Shown here: piece after piece, positions 60,994 through 64,000 of the stretch
Layout: every line of letters starts with the position of its first letter
How positions within the stretch are numbered: the first letter of the stretch is position 1
Assembly (NCBI GenBank): GCA_016840085.1
Contig: JAEOTA010000051.1
Span: forward strand, 1 to 64,000
DNA length: 64,000 bases
Direction of reading: 5' to 3'
Source of the DNA: Promethearchaeota archaeon
GTDB lineage: Archaea > Asgardarchaeota > Lokiarchaeia > Sigyniarchaeales > SOKP01
The notes under the pieces: model-generated
What the model saw: the letters and a program-made list of their open reading frames with translations, nothing else
Database searches by the model: none
What the model was told of the DNA's origin: nothing
Position numbers and translations under genes: made by a program

Positions 60994-61416
60994 TTAAAAA
61001 CCTTTATATTGTGCCCCTACTTTAAATTCTTTCTTTTTCTTGAATCGTTCGGTCTTAAAAAAATGTTTCTTCTTTTCTGGTAAAATTTCCACGTACTTTC
61101 TTAATATGTCTTCTAAATATTCCTTCGTTTCTTTACTACTAGTGATTTTATTTGGACCAGATAAATATTCTAATATTTCTTTATCTTTAGATTCTGGAGA
61201 TAAACCTAAATTTTTAATTGGTATATGAACAGAATGTAAGAACCAACCAACAGACTTATCATCGTGAGCAATTATTTTTAAAATATTAGCTTCCTCTTTC
61301 TTGATTTTAAAATCAAGTAACTTTTTTCCTGGTTTTATTATTATACTAGCATATAAAGGAATTTTATTCTTTGTATCATGTATTTTTTTATAAAACGATT
61401 TTAATTTTTCACTCAT
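60994..61416 (-). CDS. Hypothetical basic protein
   Basis: 140-aa ORF abutting the convergent neighbour. Confidence 0.65.
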   Translation of the reverse strand: MSEKLKSFYKKIHDTKNKIPLYASIIIKPGKKLLDFKIKKEEANILKIIAHDDKSVGWFLHSVHIPIKNLGLSPESKDKEILEYLSGPNKITSSKETKEYLEDILRKYVEILPEKKKHFFKTERFKKKKEFKVGAQYKGF

Positions 61417-61531
61417 AACAATTCAAAAAGTTAAAAACAAATATGTATTAAAAAGAATAAATTAAAATTCATAAATAAATTTATTATTTAATAGTTAAGC
61501 TTAAATTCTATTCTCCCCTGAGGACATTAAA

Positions 61532-62572
61532 TTGAACTCTTTAGAAACTCTAGAATATTATTTCAAAAAGAAAATCGCTATCCTAGGAGGGATGGAAACT
61601 TATAAAGATGAGCTTCAGAAAAGACTAAGCTCAAATTGTTTGCCATTAGAAAATAAGCAAAATATTGGTGTGAATATAAGTAAAATCGATTTTATATTTA
61701 AATTAAATAATAAATTTGAATTTCTTTTATGGAATATTGATTGTAGACAACAAAGAGCTTTTTTGCGAACAGTTTTCTACAATGGTGCTGATGCAATAAT
61801 TATTTTGATATCAGAAACGAAAACTATTCAAATTATACAATATTTGAATGAAATACAATCAAGATTACCTGAAGTAACTCTAATTTTCTGTGTGATTCTT
61901 GAAAAAATTTCAAAAGATGAAATTATTGAGCTTTATTTTAAGAATGAAGAGTTTAGAGATCTGCTTGAGATGTATAGTATTGAAATTAATGAAATTACTG
62001 ATCCAGCAGAAATTTTAAACCAAATATCACAAATTTGTATGACAAAAGTATATGAAAAAGAATCAGAAAATAATTATATTATTGATTTTATCTCTCATAA
62101 TCTGTTATTTCGTAATTCTATGATACATGATCATTGTAACGATTATTATGAACCAGATTCTACTAGATTAAAAATCCCTAAAAAAATCGATACTGAATTA
62201 TTAATTAAATATATCCAAAAATCTAATTTAGGGGTTCATTATGAGCCTATTAATTGGATCAAAATAAAAAATGAAACATTTGGTACTTTTTCATTATATC
62301 TTAAAAATGGCAATGTATATTATTTTCCTAAGCTATGTGAGACTTGTAATGATAAAAAATGCATGAAATTTAGAAAAGCCCCTTATTTCATTTGTATTGA
62401 GGCAAGAGAATCATTTGGTTGGACTAATGTCAATGGATTCAGCCAAAACGAACTTCTGGTTTTAGCTAAAATCTTTGCTTTAAAGGAGGGAAATGAAACT
62501 ATTTTACCTAAATCAATTCTAAAGCAAATTAAAAAACTTAATAAATGTGAAAAAAATAAAAAATTCAAATGA
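61532..62572 (+). CDS. Degenerate small-GTPase-like domain plus Cys-containing C-terminal domain
   Basis: KIAILGG, NIGVN, LLWNID, FYNGADAIII; lacks GKT, DxxG and NKxD. Confidence 0.65.
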   Translation: MNSLETLEYYFKKKIAILGGMETYKDELQKRLSSNCLPLENKQNIGVNISKIDFIFKLNNKFEFLLWNIDCRQQRAFLRTVFYNGADAIIILISETKTIQIIQYLNEIQSRLPEVTLIFCVILEKISKDEIIELYFKNEEFRDLLEMYSIEINEITDPAEILNQISQICMTKVYEKESENNYIIDFISHNLLFRNSMIHDHCNDYYEPDSTRLKIPKKIDTELLIKYIQKSNLGVHYEPINWIKIKNETFGTFSLYLKNGNVYYFPKLCETCNDKKCMKFRKAPYFICIEARESFGWTNVNGFSQNELLVLAKIFALKEGNETILPKSILKQIKKLNKCEKNKKFK

Positions 62573-62991
62573 CAGTAGTTTTTAAAACATTTGAATTAAG
62601 ATCTAAAGCTTATTGTGATTTAATTAATATAACTGATCACGTTCAAAACTCTCTATATGATAGTGGTCTTAATAATGGAATTGTAAATGTTCATGTTGCA
62701 GGGTCAACAGGAGCAATATCCACTATAGAGTATGAACCTGGATTAGTTCAGCATGATATCAAAGAACTTTTAGAAAAATTAATTCCTTATGATAAGAATT
62801 ATGCGCACCATAAGACTTGGCATGATTACAATGGAGCTGGTCATTTGAGAAGTTTTCTTATTAAGACTTCACAGACATTTCCATTTAAAGATCAGAAATT
62901 AATACATGGAACCTGGCAGCAGATAGTTTTCATCGAATGTGACGAGAAAGGGAGACATAGGACCATTTATTGTACTATTATCGGAGACTAG
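62569..62991 (+). CDS. yjbQ: YjbQ/UPF0047 family protein
   Basis: GSTGA, EYEPGL, NGAGHL, GTWQQIVFIECD. Confidence 0.9.
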   Translation: MTVVFKTFELRSKAYCDLINITDHVQNSLYDSGLNNGIVNVHVAGSTGAISTIEYEPGLVQHDIKELLEKLIPYDKNYAHHKTWHDYNGAGHLRSFLIKTSQTFPFKDQKLIHGTWQQIVFIECDEKGRHRTIYCTIIGD

Positions 62992-63006
62992 GAATCGGAG
63001 ATTAGG
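62980..63006 (+). repeat. Tandem duplication of the yjbQ 3' end
   Basis: atcggagactagg-a-atcggagattagg. Confidence 0.6.
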
Positions 63007-63043
63007 TAAATAATAAATAAATTAAAAAAAATACAATTAATTA

Positions 63044-63349
63044 TTATTTTTTCTTAGATTCTTTAATTAGATCTTCCAATTCTGTAATTATAACGTGATA
63101 TTTATCTCGAAGCCGAATTTTATCAAACTTTTCTTTAAGATTTATAACTGATTCATCAAGATGTTTCAACTGTTCAGCGAACACAGGAATTCTCTTAAAG
63201 TTCTTATAAGATCTTTCTTTTAACCCAATCTGATACTCTAAATTTTCTAAAAACTTATTCTTAATTTCAATCAATAACATCAACCTTTTTTTAAAAATTA
63301 TATCATTGAGTAAAATCACAGTAATCGCTTTAAAAAATATAAATGTCAT
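63044..63349 (-). CDS. Hypothetical protein, start uncertain
   Basis: ORF only; helical charged C-terminal part. Confidence 0.4.
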   Translation of the reverse strand: MTFIFFKAITVILLNDIIFKKRLMLLIEIKNKFLENLEYQIGLKERSYKNFKRIPVFAEQLKHLDESVINLKEKFDKIRLRDKYHVIITELEDLIKESKKK

Positions 63350-63360
63350 ATAAATGTCAT
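63337..63360. repeat. 11-bp tandem repeat (2.2 copies)
   Basis: atataaatgtc atataaatgtc at. Confidence 0.65.
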
Positions 63361-63592
63361 TAAAATAGCTTCAAAATTAGCGTTTTTAAAGTAGATTCTT
63401 GTAAAAATACGAAATTAAAGATATACGAATAATATTAAGAAAATATCTCAATATTATAACACACAATATATCAAATTACAATATTGTCCTTTCGAAACAA
63501 TCAAATAATGGATTCAAAGGGATTTAAAAGTATTTGAATCTATTATTTTATTAAATTGAAAAATTAGCTCTTAAGAATATGAGTTGATATTA

Positions 63593-64000
63593 ATGGAAAG
63601 TTTCTTAAAAGTAATCATTAGTGGCCTTGATAACGCTGGTAAAACTTCAATTTTAACTGCTTTAGATAAAAAATATGATTTTGAAAAAGATATTGTAAAA
63701 TTAAAGCCTACTATTAGAGTGGAGTATCATAAGATGAATTTCCTTACTTCATTTGTCAATTTCTGGGATATGGGTGGACAAGATCAATATCGAGAGATCT
63801 ATATGAAGTATCAAGATGTTTATTTCGACGCAACTGATTTGCTTATTTATGTTATTGATATTCAAGACCCAGACAGGTTTGAGAATTCTCTTGAGTATTT
63901 AGACGCGATTTTAACTTTCTTTTCAGATAGCAATATGGATGTTCCGATAATCGTGACCTTGCATAAATATGACCCCAATTTAAAGGGAAATGAAGAGATC
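63593..64000 (+). CDS. Arf-related small GTPase, runs off the window edge
   Basis: Not in ORF track; MESFLKVIISGLDNAGKTS, PTI, WDMGGQ, YVID, HKYD. Confidence 0.9.
   Translation, partial: MESFLKVIISGLDNAGKTSILTALDKKYDFEKDIVKLKPTIRVEYHKMNFLTSFVNFWDMGGQDQYREIYMKYQDVYFDATDLLIYVIDIQDPDRFENSLEYLDAILTFFSDSNMDVPIIVTLHKYDPNLKGNEEI

Noticed and set aside
1907-62568. Numerous antisense or nested ORFs in the track (e.g. 4698-5153, 18526-19008, 27643-28110, 46262-46588, 52483-52800)
   Set aside because: They overlap well-supported genes, have no motifs, and show the Ser/Ile/Phe-rich composition typical of shadow frames
1-64000. tRNA, rRNA, CRISPR arrays, transposases, integrases
   Set aside because: None recognised by eye; tRNAscan-SE or Infernal would be needed to exclude small RNAs

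Overview
This is an AT-rich archaeal chromosome segment, most likely from an Asgard archaeon (Lokiarchaeia-like). The evidence is Rab-like and Arf-like small GTPases, a gelsolin-domain protein, a eukaryote-type PPP phosphatase, Rpo3/rpl18e/rpl13/rps9, aEF-1beta and soluble multi-PAS histidine kinases. It is mostly core genome: lpdA, iorAB, a ZIP/DtxR metal operon, mutS/mutL, a complete trp operon (D-C-F-B-A-E-G), a split por-type operon, rio2, Sm, an orphan adenine DNA methyltransferase, aroC/aroA, glyA and trmI. I saw no tRNA, rRNA, CRISPR array or transposase. The best candidate for an undescribed system is a 17-codon Trp-rich leader ORF (18058-18111, MATEKIILFRWQWLWRA), missed by the ORF track, with an overlapping GC-rich hairpin and downstream U-tracts ahead of the trp operon. 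This suggests ribosome-mediated attenuation in an archaeon. Other leads are a circularly permuted ATP-grasp ligase paired with an M14 peptidase, a gelsolin domain fused to four TM helices, an mRNA whose 3' region can pair with its own SD, a tRNA-binding gene with no canonical start in frame behind the trmI TGA, and a pseudo-GTPase. All calls come from reading motifs by eye; no searches or folding calculations were run.
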